DNA from: a virus
IMG/VR virus record: IMGVR_UViG_3300008108_000098
Reading direction: 5' to 3' (one strand)
DNA: 64,000 nt
Positions 1 through 10,814 of this stretch are shown here, one piece after another (position 1 is the first letter of the stretch; each line of letters starts with the position of its first letter). Below the pieces are notes generated by a model that did not search any database, had not been told where the DNA came from, and was given only the letters and a program-made list of their open reading frames with translations. The translations under genes and the position numbers were made by a program.

Positions 1-426
1 ACCACAACTAAAACACAAGTAATATGGGAACAAAATAGTTCGGCAGTTACTCAACACCAAAGAGCTTGTATGATTTTATTATCATCAGGTGTTGGTGGTT
101 TTAATGGTCAAAGTAATGATTTTCATAGTTCAGTACCATACTCAACAAACACATGGTATCATTGGGTTATAACAGTTGATAAAAATGCAGGAACTAATCC
201 AATAAAGATATATGTAAATGGTTCTTTATATACACAAGGAAACAGTAGTGCAAGTGCAAGTAATTTAAACGTTGGAACACATGGATCCGCTATAGGATAT
301 AAACTAAATGCAAATGATGAATATTTTGCTGGAGAAATTCCTATTGTTAGAGTTTACAACAGAATACTTCAACCAGATGAAATAAGTTTGAATTTTGCCG
401 GATATAAAAGAAGATATAATATATAA
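1..426 (+). CDS. C-terminal part of LamG/ConA-like jellyroll-domain protein (gene continues upstream of window)
   Basis: Frame open from nt 1. C-terminal motif ...YNRILQPDEISLNFAGYKRRYNI shared with the next two ORFs. Confidence 0.55.
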   Translation, partial: TTTKTQVIWEQNSSAVTQHQRACMILLSSGVGGFNGQSNDFHSSVPYSTNTWYHWVITVDKNAGTNPIKIYVNGSLYTQGNSSASASNLNVGTHGSAIGYKLNANDEYFAGEIPIVRVYNRILQPDEISLNFAGYKRRYNI

Positions 427-1078
427 TAATATGTCAGTATACGGAGGATCGAAAATATCAAAATTGGATTTAGTATTTAGTGTAGATGCCGGATCATACC
501 GTTCTTATATTGGTACAGGAACAGCATGGAACGATTTAAGTGGTAATAAATACAATGGAACCTTAACAAATGGACCAACATTTAGTGCAAATAATGGTGG
601 ATATTTTTCATTTGATGGTACAAATGATTATGTCGACACAACATATCCAGCTACTGACATAAGTTTCCCAACATTTGAAGCGTGGGTATATAGAACAAGA
701 AATGATGGTGCATATAAATCAATAGTGCAAATTAATAATAACTCTGATGATGCGTTGTACGCTTATCCCGGAAATAACTTAGGATTTTGGCCGTGTAGCT
801 CATCTTCACTTACTGTTCCATTAAACGAATGGGCATACGTTGCGGCTTCTTTTGATGGTACAAATATAACTTATTGTGTCAACGGAACAATGGAAGTTGT
901 TTCTAATAGTAGTTGTAGTCACATTACTGATTTTGATTATATAAGACTTGCGGCAATCAATGGAACTGATAGTGAAATATGGGGGGGAAGGATTGCCTCA
1001 GCAAGAGTTTATAAAAGATCTTTAAGTCAAACTGAAATGACACAAAACTATAATTCACAAAAAAGAAGATTTATATGA
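395..1078 (+). CDS. LamG/ConA-like jellyroll-domain protein, tandem paralog
   Basis: Ends ...ARVYKRSLSQTEMTQNYNSQKRRFI. Overlaps neighbours (ATGA at 1075). Confidence 0.55.
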   Translation: MPDIKEDIIYNNMSVYGGSKISKLDLVFSVDAGSYRSYIGTGTAWNDLSGNKYNGTLTNGPTFSANNGGYFSFDGTNDYVDTTYPATDISFPTFEAWVYRTRNDGAYKSIVQINNNSDDALYAYPGNNLGFWPCSSSSLTVPLNEWAYVAASFDGTNITYCVNGTMEVVSNSSCSHITDFDYIRLAAINGTDSEIWGGRIASARVYKRSLSQTEMTQNYNSQKRRFI

Positions 1079-2583
1079 AAGTTGGTCTTAATATAGTACA
1101 ATCAGGTCTTGTATTTGGAATAGATGTTGGAAATCACAGATATTATCCTGGTGAACCAACAACCAATCTTTTACCAAATGCTTCGACAAACGCAATCCCT
1201 AAACTTGGAAATGGGTGGGGGACATACAATACAAATCAATATGGTAGTGGAACATATTTTTCTATCGGTACTGTCAGTAGTGTATCAAGTAATATTGTAA
1301 CAATGTCTTTAGCTCATTCATTAAGAACATATGATGTTATGCAACCACAGACAACTGGAGGTGGAGTAACGGCAGGAACAAACTATTTTATAAAAAGAGT
1401 TAGTAGTACTCAATTCTCTTTACATGAGTACAATAGTAGTCAAGATGGGTCACAAGGTTATATAAATAGTACAACCGGAATGCATAAAGTACATGACAGT
1501 ATTGCAAATGACACAAGAATTTCAATAAACTCAACTAATTTTCCAACGATGTGGTGGGGATATCCACACTTACCAAATTCAGGATTGGTAAAAGAAATTA
1601 TTACAAATGGTTTCACTAATCCATTAACAGGAGAAGTTACAGATTGTATAAGACAACACATAACAAGAGATAGTGGTGCGGATCACATGGCGTATGGAGT
1701 AGATGCAAGTTTTACATCAAACTCACCTATATATTGTTCATTTTGGGCAAGATCCGTTAATGCTGCGGCAGTTGGTAAAAGTATAAATTATTATCATTAT
1801 ACCTACGGGGTACAGTCTGCAACTGCATATGCGGTTGGTTGTACGTTAGGTCCAGTTGGAGAATGGCAAAGATTTGGATACACTTTTACATCACCCAACA
1901 ACACAGCGATTTCATACTGGTTTAATCCCGATGGACCATACAAATATGATATTGCAAATATCCAAATAGAACAAAAAGATCACCCGACTAAATTTACAAC
2001 AGGAAGTAGGTCATCAACAGAATGTCTATTAGACATTGCCAAAGCATCAACAGTGAATGTATCGAACGCATCATTTAGTTCAAATAATTTTTTAACTTTT
2101 GATGGTACGGATGACAGAGTATCAATTGCAAATAATTCGTCAATTAATATTGCAGGTGATATAACAATAGAATTGGTTTTAAAAAGAACCTCAGGACAAA
2201 ACGGTGTTCCAATTCATAAAGAAGTACAATATACAATTAGAATTTACGATGATAATACTATTACATATGCCGACAGTAGTTTGTGGTCATATGCAACTTT
2301 CGGAGCACATGGAAATGCGGTAACACCTGGTGTATACCATCACATAATTGTAACAAAATCTGGCTCAACAGTAACAATATATGTTGATAACAGTGTTGTT
2401 ATTTCAAAATCCTTCGGAAGTGCGATAACACAAACCAATAATACATTATATATAGGATCTTACGACGGAAGTTCTAATTATTTCAAAGGTGATATACCCG
2501 TTGCAAGAATATATAACAGAGCTTTATCTTCTAATGAAGTTGCACAAAACTTTAATTCTTATAAAAAAAGGTTTAATATTTAA
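1075..2583 (+). CDS. Large LamG-like protein (502 aa), putative fibre/receptor-binding protein
   Basis: Ser/Thr/Asn/Gly-rich. C-terminal ...ARIYNRALSSNEVAQNFNSYKKRFNI matches the paralog motif. Confidence 0.55.
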   Translation: MKVGLNIVQSGLVFGIDVGNHRYYPGEPTTNLLPNASTNAIPKLGNGWGTYNTNQYGSGTYFSIGTVSSVSSNIVTMSLAHSLRTYDVMQPQTTGGGVTAGTNYFIKRVSSTQFSLHEYNSSQDGSQGYINSTTGMHKVHDSIANDTRISINSTNFPTMWWGYPHLPNSGLVKEIITNGFTNPLTGEVTDCIRQHITRDSGADHMAYGVDASFTSNSPIYCSFWARSVNAAAVGKSINYYHYTYGVQSATAYAVGCTLGPVGEWQRFGYTFTSPNNTAISYWFNPDGPYKYDIANIQIEQKDHPTKFTTGSRSSTECLLDIAKASTVNVSNASFSSNNFLTFDGTDDRVSIANNSSINIAGDITIELVLKRTSGQNGVPIHKEVQYTIRIYDDNTITYADSSLWSYATFGAHGNAVTPGVYHHIIVTKSGSTVTIYVDNSVVISKSFGSAITQTNNTLYIGSYDGSSNYFKGDIPVARIYNRALSSNEVAQNFNSYKKRFNI

Positions 2584-2608
2584 TAATATAAAATAAAAAT
2601 TTAAAATT

Positions 2609-2953
2609 ATGTTTGAAAATAGAAGGTGGTTAATTATACCAACAAGTTTAACAGGATCAATAAATTTCAGTGAGGTCCTTGAATCGGGTCCAGATTCTTT
2701 ACGAACATCAAATGATGGTTCTTTGACCTTTGTAAAATATGACACATACTATAGACAGTCTGATGAAGAAAAGACGTTTTTAAACCCTGAAACGGGGTTA
2801 ATTGAAACAGTAACATTACCTGAAGGTTTATATGGAAGACCATCATTTTACTCCGATAATTACCAAGAATGTAACCATGAAACGATACTTGAAATTTTAA
2901 ATGGTCCTGATTGGAGTAAAGAAGCAGATTACGGCCAACAAATTGGAAATTAA
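2609..2953 (+). CDS. hypothetical protein
   Basis: 114-aa ORF in the same-strand block. Confidence 0.4.
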   Translation: MFENRRWLIIPTSLTGSINFSEVLESGPDSLRTSNDGSLTFVKYDTYYRQSDEEKTFLNPETGLIETVTLPEGLYGRPSFYSDNYQECNHETILEILNGPDWSKEADYGQQIGN

Positions 2954-2992
2954 GGTATTTATAAAGAGTATTTATAGTAAATAGAAAATAGT

Positions 2993-3211
2993 ATGCCAGG
3001 TACTCTCCCCAACACGGGACAAGAAATTAGTTTAGGAAGAATCGGATATGCTTTAGGTATAAATCCAAATGCGACGACTCAAACGAGATTGAATGCTGAC
3101 GTTGGCGTTGGTAGAAATAGATCATTATCTGGTGTGGCAAGTATCGCTTCGGGATCCCAATCCGCTGAAAGTACGGATTTTGGTGGTTTACAAACTCCAA
3201 ACACATATTAA
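2993..3211 (+). CDS. hypothetical Gly/Ser-rich protein
   Basis: 72-aa ORF. Confidence 0.3.
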   Translation: MPGTLPNTGQEISLGRIGYALGINPNATTQTRLNADVGVGRNRSLSGVASIASGSQSAESTDFGGLQTPNTY

Positions 3212-3246
3212 TTTATTTTTTTAATTTTTTTTGTTATATTTTTTAT

Positions 3247-3693
3247 ATGTTTCTCACATATAAAAATTTTTCGTCTAAATATGAATTGTTCTATATAAAA
3301 TGGAACGGAATTGAGTTTGATAAGGAAAAACTAATAAAGTTTGTAAAAAGAATTAATTTACTCAAAATTACCTCCATTTTTATAAAATCTCATCGAGAAG
3401 AACTTAAAATTCTCCAAGAAATCTATTATTCATATAATGAACATAAATTAAGAGGTTTATTACAAAATGATTCACAAATTTCAAGATTATCACTAATTGA
3501 AAAATGGTCAAGAATTGGTGCTGTTGATATACTTTTGACCGGAGTTTTTTCAAGAAATACCTATACAGTTTTAATAAATTTACCCAATAAAGATTATCAA
3601 CTTGCAATGAAGAGAGTTGAGGAATTAGTTAAATTAGGTAAAGAAATGTCATATCAAACAGAAAACATAACCGATAACATACCAGGAACATGA
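3247..3693 (+). CDS. hypothetical protein
   Basis: 148-aa ORF; ATGA overlap with the next gene. Confidence 0.45.
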   Translation: MFLTYKNFSSKYELFYIKWNGIEFDKEKLIKFVKRINLLKITSIFIKSHREELKILQEIYYSYNEHKLRGLLQNDSQISRLSLIEKWSRIGAVDILLTGVFSRNTYTVLINLPNKDYQLAMKRVEELVKLGKEMSYQTENITDNIPGT

Positions 3694-4325
3694 TAAAATC
3701 AAATTTCAATAGAAGTGTTTGGGATTCGAAACAAACAAAATTATCAATATTAGTACCAACAAGAGAAATGATGCATTCACAATTTTCTTATTGTTTGGCA
3801 CAACTATTAAGAACAACAAGTGAAGTTAATTTAGACACTTATCTTTTTTTTGACTCAAGTACAATTTTACTGAATCAGAGAGAAAAATTAATTGAAAAGG
3901 CAAAAGAAGTGAGATCTGATTATGTTTTGTGGTTGGATAGTGATATGATGTTTCCATCAACGACCGCCATTCGTCTATTAGAACACGATAAGGACATTAT
4001 TGCATGTAATTACATGAAAAGGACTAAACCACTTAAAACGGTTGCATATACCGATTTAAATGATTGGGATAGTTGGTTAAAAATGCAACCACAGGATGAT
4101 TTAGTAAAAGTACAAGGTGTTGGTATGGGTTGTATGTTAATGAAAACGAAAGTATTTGAATCATTATCTAAACCTTATTTTGAATTTAGATATGATAATG
4201 AAACAAAAGATTGGCACGGAGAAGATTTCTTATTACAAAAAAAATTAAGAGATAATGGATATGAAATTTATATCGATACTTTATTGAGTATGGAAATAAA
4301 ACATGTTGGTTTATATGCGTATTAA
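3690..4325 (+). CDS. GT-A fold glycosyltransferase
   Basis: Motifs LSILVPTRE ... LWLDSDMMFP (DxD). Confidence 0.5.
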   Translation: MIKSNFNRSVWDSKQTKLSILVPTREMMHSQFSYCLAQLLRTTSEVNLDTYLFFDSSTILLNQREKLIEKAKEVRSDYVLWLDSDMMFPSTTAIRLLEHDKDIIACNYMKRTKPLKTVAYTDLNDWDSWLKMQPQDDLVKVQGVGMGCMLMKTKVFESLSKPYFEFRYDNETKDWHGEDFLLQKKLRDNGYEIYIDTLLSMEIKHVGLYAY

Positions 4326-5431
4326 ACTTTATTTCTAATTTCAATCATCATATTACCGAACTCATATTGACCAGGTTCATAATGTGGTAATGATAGTCTT
4401 AATCTATATAATTGAATTATATCTTGATCAGTAAAAGGTGATTTTTCATAAATCATAACGTCTACATTATCAGTCAGTATAAATTTTGATCTTAGATCAT
4501 ACCTTGTATTTTTCTGTTCGTTTTCTATATAATCATTAGGGATTTCACCAAGATCAATTTTATCGAATAGAGGTTCAACATCAAATAATCTTTCTCTATT
4601 TCTACTCGTTAATCCTAAATTAAATGTTTTAAATTCAAACTTCTCATCTTCCCAATATCGAATCTCATTAAAAACCGATATTGGTACTCCCCACTTTCTA
4701 ATAAAATTTCTATTTGAAGACAATTCAATTTTTAATCTGTCATTTTTATAATCATCACTAAACCTTGAGGTCTGCGAAACAAAATGATAAGTAATTGCCG
4801 ATTCTGTTGTTTTTAATTTATATCCTTTTAGTTTCGCACGAATAAGAAAATCATCATCTTCACAAAATGCGGGAACAAAACTAAACCCATCGAAAAATCC
4901 AACATCTTCAAACATTTTTTTGTAACCACTCATAAAGAAAACTGCACCATCATATAATGTTTTATTGTTTTTATTATACTCGACATAATGATCAAACTGT
5001 TCATATTTGAAATCATAAAAGGAACTACCAAGATCTTTAATTACTTTACCCGGTCTTTTATGTCCAGCAAAGATCGGTGGTTCAATTGTTGTATATGATA
5101 AAAGTGTGTTCTCATCTAAAAGTTCTTCTATATTCTCTAAGAAGTATCTACCAATTACCATGTCATTATGAATTAAAACCAATTTTTCTGTGTCAACAAG
5201 TTTAATGCCGACATTGTATGTTTCAGAAAATGTTAATCTATCGTCATCATGAAATATTGTCAAATAATCATCAACATCAGACATTTCCTCTAACCATTCT
5301 TTAGTTCCATCTGTAGATCCACCACTACTAATTACTAATGGTGCATTAGGATAAATCTCCCTTAATCTTTGATAACAACTTTTCGTTAGATCTAATTTAT
5401 TTAAAACTGCTAATACAAATGTTATATTCAT
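4322..5431 (-). CDS. family 2 glycosyltransferase (two-domain)
   Basis: N-terminus MNITFVLAVLNKLDLTKSCYQRL, HDDD motif. Convergent end-overlap with 3690..4325. Confidence 0.55.
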   Translation of the reverse strand: MNITFVLAVLNKLDLTKSCYQRLREIYPNAPLVISSGGSTDGTKEWLEEMSDVDDYLTIFHDDDRLTFSETYNVGIKLVDTEKLVLIHNDMVIGRYFLENIEELLDENTLLSYTTIEPPIFAGHKRPGKVIKDLGSSFYDFKYEQFDHYVEYNKNNKTLYDGAVFFMSGYKKMFEDVGFFDGFSFVPAFCEDDDFLIRAKLKGYKLKTTESAITYHFVSQTSRFSDDYKNDRLKIELSSNRNFIRKWGVPISVFNEIRYWEDEKFEFKTFNLGLTSRNRERLFDVEPLFDKIDLGEIPNDYIENEQKNTRYDLRSKFILTDNVDVMIYEKSPFTDQDIIQLYRLRLSLPHYEPGQYEFGNMMIEIRNKV

Positions 5432-5991
5432 CTTAATGAATTGTATGTTGATAAAATTTTATTTATGTATTTGTGACTATTTGATTTTTTAAAACATTCG
5501 GACGCAAAATATCCATCCGCTTCATATTTTGTTATATCAAATCTTGTGTTGTCAATAATATTTTTTTTGATGATGAAATTATGACTATCAATATTGTATA
5601 CACTTATCACATTACCTTTTAATCTAATTCGATGATCTTTTGTTTCTTGCATAAATGAGATAAAATCCTCAGTTGAATCTTTTATATTTTCCCATAAATC
5701 ATTATGAATTATGGTATCGTCATCATTGAAATATATGTATCCGGTTTCAATCATATCTAACGCAAAATTTCTTTGTGAGTGACCTGCAACACTTTTTACA
5801 TTCCTGTGTAGATAAACTTCACAGTTATCGGGAATTAAATCACTATCAGGTAAAGTATCACCATCATATATTATAACCCATCTATAATTTTCTTTAGGTA
5901 TGTTTATACTTTTAGAAATCGTTATTAGATTTTGTGGTCGACTACATGGTGTGATAATATTTAAAAACATCTTTATAATTTTTTTATCCAA
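5428..5991 (-). CDS. putative glycosyltransferase (GT-A-like)
   Basis: Motifs IIYDGD...FNDDDTIIHNDLW. Confidence 0.4.
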   Translation of the reverse strand: MDKKIIKMFLNIITPCSRPQNLITISKSINIPKENYRWVIIYDGDTLPDSDLIPDNCEVYLHRNVKSVAGHSQRNFALDMIETGYIYFNDDDTIIHNDLWENIKDSTEDFISFMQETKDHRIRLKGNVISVYNIDSHNFIIKKNIIDNTRFDITKYEADGYFASECFKKSNSHKYINKILSTYNSLR

Positions 5992-6518
5992 CTCGTATCT
6001 TTAAATGTTAAGTCGGGACTTCCTAATGTTTCATCAACGGCATCAATTACACCTTTCCATTTTTTGTGATAATCATGACCACCAATAAAACCATTAGAAT
6101 TTATTAATTGTATATAGTTTTTTATGTCTATTTTTACTTGATCATATGTATGTAAACCATCTATATAAACAAAATCAAATTTTTGATTTTTTAAATCCAC
6201 AAATGCCTCATCACTTGTTTTTTTTATGTGAGTGATGTTATCGTAATTAGATATCACTTCTACAAATTTATAATAGACATCTTCTAATTTCATATATGAA
6301 CATGTTATGTCATTTGGATCGTAATCATTTATGAAAGGATCGATTGAAATTACATTCTTGAAATATTTTGAAAAAAGTTCTGTAGATTCACCTACGTATG
6401 AACCAATTTCAATCATAGACAATTCTTTAGTATCTTGGTAACTTTGGATATGATTTATTAGATCAAGTAAACCATCCATGTACGATTCGCTTCTCATTTT
6501 ATAAACAACATCTACCAT
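5973..6518 (-). CDS. class I SAM-dependent O-methyltransferase (TylF/Methyltransf_24-like)
   Basis: Motifs IEIGSYVGEST ... YIDGLHTYDQV ... GGHDY. Confidence 0.55.
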   Translation of the reverse strand: MVDVVYKMRSESYMDGLLDLINHIQSYQDTKELSMIEIGSYVGESTELFSKYFKNVISIDPFINDYDPNDITCSYMKLEDVYYKFVEVISNYDNITHIKKTSDEAFVDLKNQKFDFVYIDGLHTYDQVKIDIKNYIQLINSNGFIGGHDYHKKWKGVIDAVDETLGSPDLTFKDTSWIKKL

Positions 6519-7129
6519 GTTTTTTGATTTAATATTGTGTTATGTGGATATATCGTACCATTAGTATAATCTTTAAAATTATTTAATATACGATCATTAT
6601 ATAAATGTATGTTATTAACATCTTTTATAAAAATTGAAATATAATCAGACCATATATCCGATTCCTTATCACTTGTATATTGTTCTATTACTGCCGTGTT
6701 ATAACCATTTCTTTTTGCCCAATTTGACATTGCATTTCCACTATCAGGAAAAAATCTCCAACAGTCTACTGGAAATCTATGAAAATCTCCATTAGATGGT
6801 GCGTTTAGATAGAATAATCCTGTTGGTTTTAAAACTCTAATTATTTCTAAAAACAACACCCAAAAAAATTCACTATGTTCAAAACAAGAAGAACTTATAA
6901 CATAATCAAACGAATTATCTTCAAAAGGTAATTTATATGGATCAGTTAATACAACATCAACACCAGGTCCTGGACCTAAATCTACACCAGTGTATTTTGA
7001 ATTTTCAGAAGATAATGAACGAATATTAAAACTACTCAAGTAAGAACCAATTTCCAAAAAAGTTTTACTTTCTTTAGGAACATATGTGTCAAAAAATCTT
7101 CTTGCGTTTTGTTCTGCGGTTTTATGCAT
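6512..7129 (-). CDS. SAM-dependent methyltransferase
   Basis: Motifs LEIGSY...GVDLGPGPGVD...RVLKPTGLFYLNAP. Confidence 0.6.
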   Translation of the reverse strand: MHKTAEQNARRFFDTYVPKESKTFLEIGSYLSSFNIRSLSSENSKYTGVDLGPGPGVDVVLTDPYKLPFEDNSFDYVISSSCFEHSEFFWVLFLEIIRVLKPTGLFYLNAPSNGDFHRFPVDCWRFFPDSGNAMSNWAKRNGYNTAVIEQYTSDKESDIWSDYISIFIKDVNNIHLYNDRILNNFKDYTNGTIYPHNTILNQKTW

Positions 7130-7132
7130 TTT

Positions 7133-7717
7133 TTAATTATGTACGTATAATAATTTATTTATTTTGACAACATCTTTTAATGGAAACTTTCTAATGTATT
7201 CCTCAACAAAAACACCATCAGCTTGCATATTAGTTACATCCAATCTCATCTGTTGTGCGTATTCTCTTTTAACCATAAAATTACCAACATCAATTTTACC
7301 CCATTTGGGTTGACAATCAATTGGGATATATTGAAAATCTGTCCAATTGTGTACCATGTTACAAAATACAAAATGTGAGTTGGGTGTTCCTAATGCCGCA
7401 TCAATCATGTTGTCCACAAAAACAGGTGTATAATAATTGTCTTCACCCGTCATTATAACCCAATCTTCGGTTGCATGCTCAAGACCGTAATTTCTTGGAG
7501 TGTGACCCCAATCATTATATCGTTTTGGTAATATTGTAAACTTTATTCTGTCGTCATCCTTATAAAAATCCATAATCTTGTCTAATGTACCTTCAGGTGG
7601 ACAATCAGCAACAACATGTATTTTCCATTTTTTACTACGTTGTGCCCTAATCGAACTAATGATACACATTAAGTGATCCGTTCTTTCATAAGTGGGTATT
7701 ATAAATTCTATTTTCAT
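7133..7717 (-). CDS. family 2 glycosyltransferase
   Basis: Motif IPTYERTDHLMCIISSIRAQ ... VVADCPP. Confidence 0.6.
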   Translation of the reverse strand: MKIEFIIPTYERTDHLMCIISSIRAQRSKKWKIHVVADCPPEGTLDKIMDFYKDDDRIKFTILPKRYNDWGHTPRNYGLEHATEDWVIMTGEDNYYTPVFVDNMIDAALGTPNSHFVFCNMVHNWTDFQYIPIDCQPKWGKIDVGNFMVKREYAQQMRLDVTNMQADGVFVEEYIRKFPLKDVVKINKLLYVHN

Positions 7718-7721
7718 AAAA

Positions 7722-8714
7722 CTATTTTTTCCAAAAATTATAAATTCCTTTTTCTAATTCGTAACTACTCCAAACAAATCTTTCTCTATTTGGTTGTTTT
7801 TTTGCCCATTCCCACATTAATTTTAATCCATCGTATAAAGATGTTTTATCTTCATAACCTAATAATTTTACAGATTTCTGCCAAGAAGGGATCGCATTTT
7901 TTACTTCGTGTCTTTGCTCTTCATATACAACCATAGAATCAGAAATAACCTCTCTTAAAACTTTATTCGCTTCATTGATTGTATAATGTTTTGTCCCACC
8001 AAGATTAATAATTTCTTTAGAACATTCAGGTAATTGAGATGATTTCCATAGACCTTCTAAACAATCATCCACAAAACTAAAAGATCGTTTTTGTTCACCA
8101 TTACCGAAAATTGTCATAGGTTGATTATTCATATATTGATACATCCAAATACCTAAAACATTTCTGTATTTATCCCAAATATTTTGTTTGATTCCGTATA
8201 CATTATGTGGTCTGATTATACACCAATCTAATCCATGTTGTTCACCTGCTACTTTAATATCCATTTCACATGCATATTTTGCGATACCATATGGATCAAT
8301 TGGGCATGGTATTTGTGATTCATCAAACACATCACCATTACCATGACCATAAACTGCCATAGTTGATGTGAAGATCAATCTTTTTACATCATGTTTTATA
8401 CATTCGTTAATAATCCTCGCAGTTGCAACTAAATTATTTTGATAGTTATAACTTCTTATGAATGGTGAAAGACCTTCGGCGGCATAAGCGGCAAAATGGT
8501 AAACGTAATCAAATTTATGTACCTCAAAACAATTTTCAATTGGATGAGAAACTAAATTCATTTGCCAAAACTCAACTTTAGGATTTATATTTTCACGATA
8601 TCCACCGCTTAAATCATCCATACCAACGATATGTACTTCAGGATGATTTTCAATAATCCAATCCGCAAGTCTTGATCCTATTAACCCCGCCACTCCTGTA
8701 ATTAATATCTTCAT
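7722..8714 (-). CDS. NAD-dependent sugar epimerase/dehydratase (extended SDR; RmlB/GalE-like)
   Basis: Rossmann motif MKILITGVAGLIGSRL and YGIAKYACE (YxxxK). Confidence 0.8.
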   Translation of the reverse strand: MKILITGVAGLIGSRLADWIIENHPEVHIVGMDDLSGGYRENINPKVEFWQMNLVSHPIENCFEVHKFDYVYHFAAYAAEGLSPFIRSYNYQNNLVATARIINECIKHDVKRLIFTSTMAVYGHGNGDVFDESQIPCPIDPYGIAKYACEMDIKVAGEQHGLDWCIIRPHNVYGIKQNIWDKYRNVLGIWMYQYMNNQPMTIFGNGEQKRSFSFVDDCLEGLWKSSQLPECSKEIINLGGTKHYTINEANKVLREVISDSMVVYEEQRHEVKNAIPSWQKSVKLLGYEDKTSLYDGLKLMWEWAKKQPNRERFVWSSYELEKGIYNFWKK

Positions 8715-9334
8715 AATGTATTATAATAATTGTTTTGTCTCTCTTGTTTTTCTATTGTTTTATGGTGATATATGAAATAAATTTCATCATCAGTTGGTAA
8801 AAGAGAGTACATCCTACCACTTGTGATTCTTTCGTGTACTTTACCAAACCATTGTAGACCTTTTTTATAAATTCTACCTTGAAAATCTGGAAAATTTATC
8901 CAACCTAATTCATTGACTCTCCATCTCCATTTGTTAATATGGTCTTCTGTTATACCATCAACCGTATTTTTCCTTGGTACATAAAATAAATCAACTTCAG
9001 GATTTAATTCTACAATTTCATATACGTTTTTAACTAAATAATCACTAATCATTTCATCTGCATCTAATTGAAAGATATAGTCACCATTACAATATGAGTT
9101 TAATTTATTTTTCCATTCTGCGAAATCATTATTAAAGCTAAAACCTCTATATGTTTGTACGTTTGGTAGTTTATTATAATCTAATAAGAATTTTAAAACA
9201 TCCTCATTACCATTTTTTTCATCAAATAAAATCACTATCTCATCCTCTACTCTTTTGTTTTCTAACAAAAATGGTAAAAGTTTTTTTATTTCTGTTAACT
9301 CGTTACATACTGTTATAGCAAAACTTATTTTCAT
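8711..9334 (-). CDS. family 2-like glycosyltransferase
   Basis: Motifs MKISFAITVCNE ... QLDADE (DxD). Confidence 0.55.
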   Translation of the reverse strand: MKISFAITVCNELTEIKKLLPFLLENKRVEDEIVILFDEKNGNEDVLKFLLDYNKLPNVQTYRGFSFNNDFAEWKNKLNSYCNGDYIFQLDADEMISDYLVKNVYEIVELNPEVDLFYVPRKNTVDGITEDHINKWRWRVNELGWINFPDFQGRIYKKGLQWFGKVHERITSGRMYSLLPTDDEIYFIYHHKTIEKQERQNNYYNTL

Positions 9335-9564
9335 ATTGTTTCTCTTGCAAAAATTTTAAATACTCTGTCATTATCGGTAAATGTGATATTTCCATTAGGT
9401 GTTGGTGATATTTGAATTCTTAACTCATTTGGACCCGTACCAAAAACTATTGGTTCATTATCATTAAATTGAAAACAAAACTCAACATTGTTTTGAAATA
9501 CGGGAGGATTGAATGTTAAAACCATTCTTTCCTGTTCACCTCTTAAAAATTTGAAATCAGACAT
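9331..9564 (-). CDS. hypothetical protein
   Basis: 77-aa ORF coupled within the glycan operon. Confidence 0.35.
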   Translation of the reverse strand: MSDFKFLRGEQERMVLTFNPPVFQNNVEFCFQFNDNEPIVFGTGPNELRIQISPTPNGNITFTDNDRVFKIFARETI

Positions 9565-10814
9565 TAACTTATTTTTTTTAATTGTGGTAGTACTAATTTT
9601 TTCTCTGTTGGTTTAATTATATAATTTTTTAAGATAGATTCAAACTTTTCCTTCATTTTTTCTGAAGAAAAATTCTCCATGTTGTCATTCTTTAAACTTT
9701 TTGATTTTTCTGTAAATTCGTCATATTTTTCATAAACTAATTTCATAACCGCAATAAATTCATCATAGTTTGCAGTAAACCACTTTGAACCATTAATTAT
9801 AAACTTGTCTTGCGAACTTTGATGGACATCAGTTAAATTACCACCAATTAATACTGCTTTATCTATTGGTAAAAAGTCTTTATGTCCTGACCAATTAGAA
9901 GCGAGAATGGGTTTACCTGTCATAGAAAACTCTAATAATGGTCTACCAAAACCTTCACCCTTAGTAATTGACACCATAGATTTTACTTTAGGATGATTGT
10001 ATAATTCATTCATCTCACTATCACTCAGTTCCCCAAAAAGTAAATAAATTGACGGTGGATTTTCTATTCCTTTAACAATAGTTTCAATTTTTTTTCTAAA
10101 GTTTTCTCTTTCTTTAATTGAAAAAACCGCTGAAGATGTTTTTAATATCAATGCTGGTTGAGACTCTTGATTTTTAAAGGCTTCTGCAAAACATTTTATA
10201 GTCATCCCAACATCTTTTCTATCTTGACCCATGTCACCCTTCAACCAATGACCAACAAATAAAAATGCAAAATCTTCTTTTATCTCCAAATCGATACCCG
10301 AATATTTGTCATTATATATTTCAGTGTTTACACCTTCAAATAAAATTTCAACAGGTTTAGTTATCTTATGTTGTTTAACTAATTTTTCAGTATTTTTTTC
10401 TACTTCATTATAAACAGAAGACAAAAGAACATCTCTTGAAAATACTGACGTTGTTATTACTAAATCCATAAGATTACAACCGTCTATCCATTCTTTAGGT
10501 GCAACGGTTGTTTCAATACCTGCGGTAACGCCTATATTAAATTTACCAATTCTTGTGAATTCATTGGGTACTGTTACTTGAATATAAACATCTGGTTGTT
10601 GAGATATATTAGTAACAATTCTCGATTCTATCCATTGATGAAAATTATTATCTTTATTTAGTGCGGTCATTGGAGTTCCTCCCCACCCACAACTATCAAT
10701 AATGATATCAAAAAAATCCATTTTATAAAGAGATTCTAATACATCTCTTGCGTGTGATCCATATCCACTTCTTGATTTAACAGGTCCCCTAAATAATAAT
10801 AAGTGTTTTTTCAT
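9564..10814 (-). CDS. GT4/GT1 glycosyltransferase
   Basis: C-terminal motif EGFGRPLLEFSMTGKPILAS. Confidence 0.6.
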   Translation of the reverse strand: MKKHLLLFRGPVKSRSGYGSHARDVLESLYKMDFFDIIIDSCGWGGTPMTALNKDNNFHQWIESRIVTNISQQPDVYIQVTVPNEFTRIGKFNIGVTAGIETTVAPKEWIDGCNLMDLVITTSVFSRDVLLSSVYNEVEKNTEKLVKQHKITKPVEILFEGVNTEIYNDKYSGIDLEIKEDFAFLFVGHWLKGDMGQDRKDVGMTIKCFAEAFKNQESQPALILKTSSAVFSIKERENFRKKIETIVKGIENPPSIYLLFGELSDSEMNELYNHPKVKSMVSITKGEGFGRPLLEFSMTGKPILASNWSGHKDFLPIDKAVLIGGNLTDVHQSSQDKFIINGSKWFTANYDEFIAVMKLVYEKYDEFTEKSKSLKNDNMENFSSEKMKEKFESILKNYIIKPTEKKLVLPQLKKIS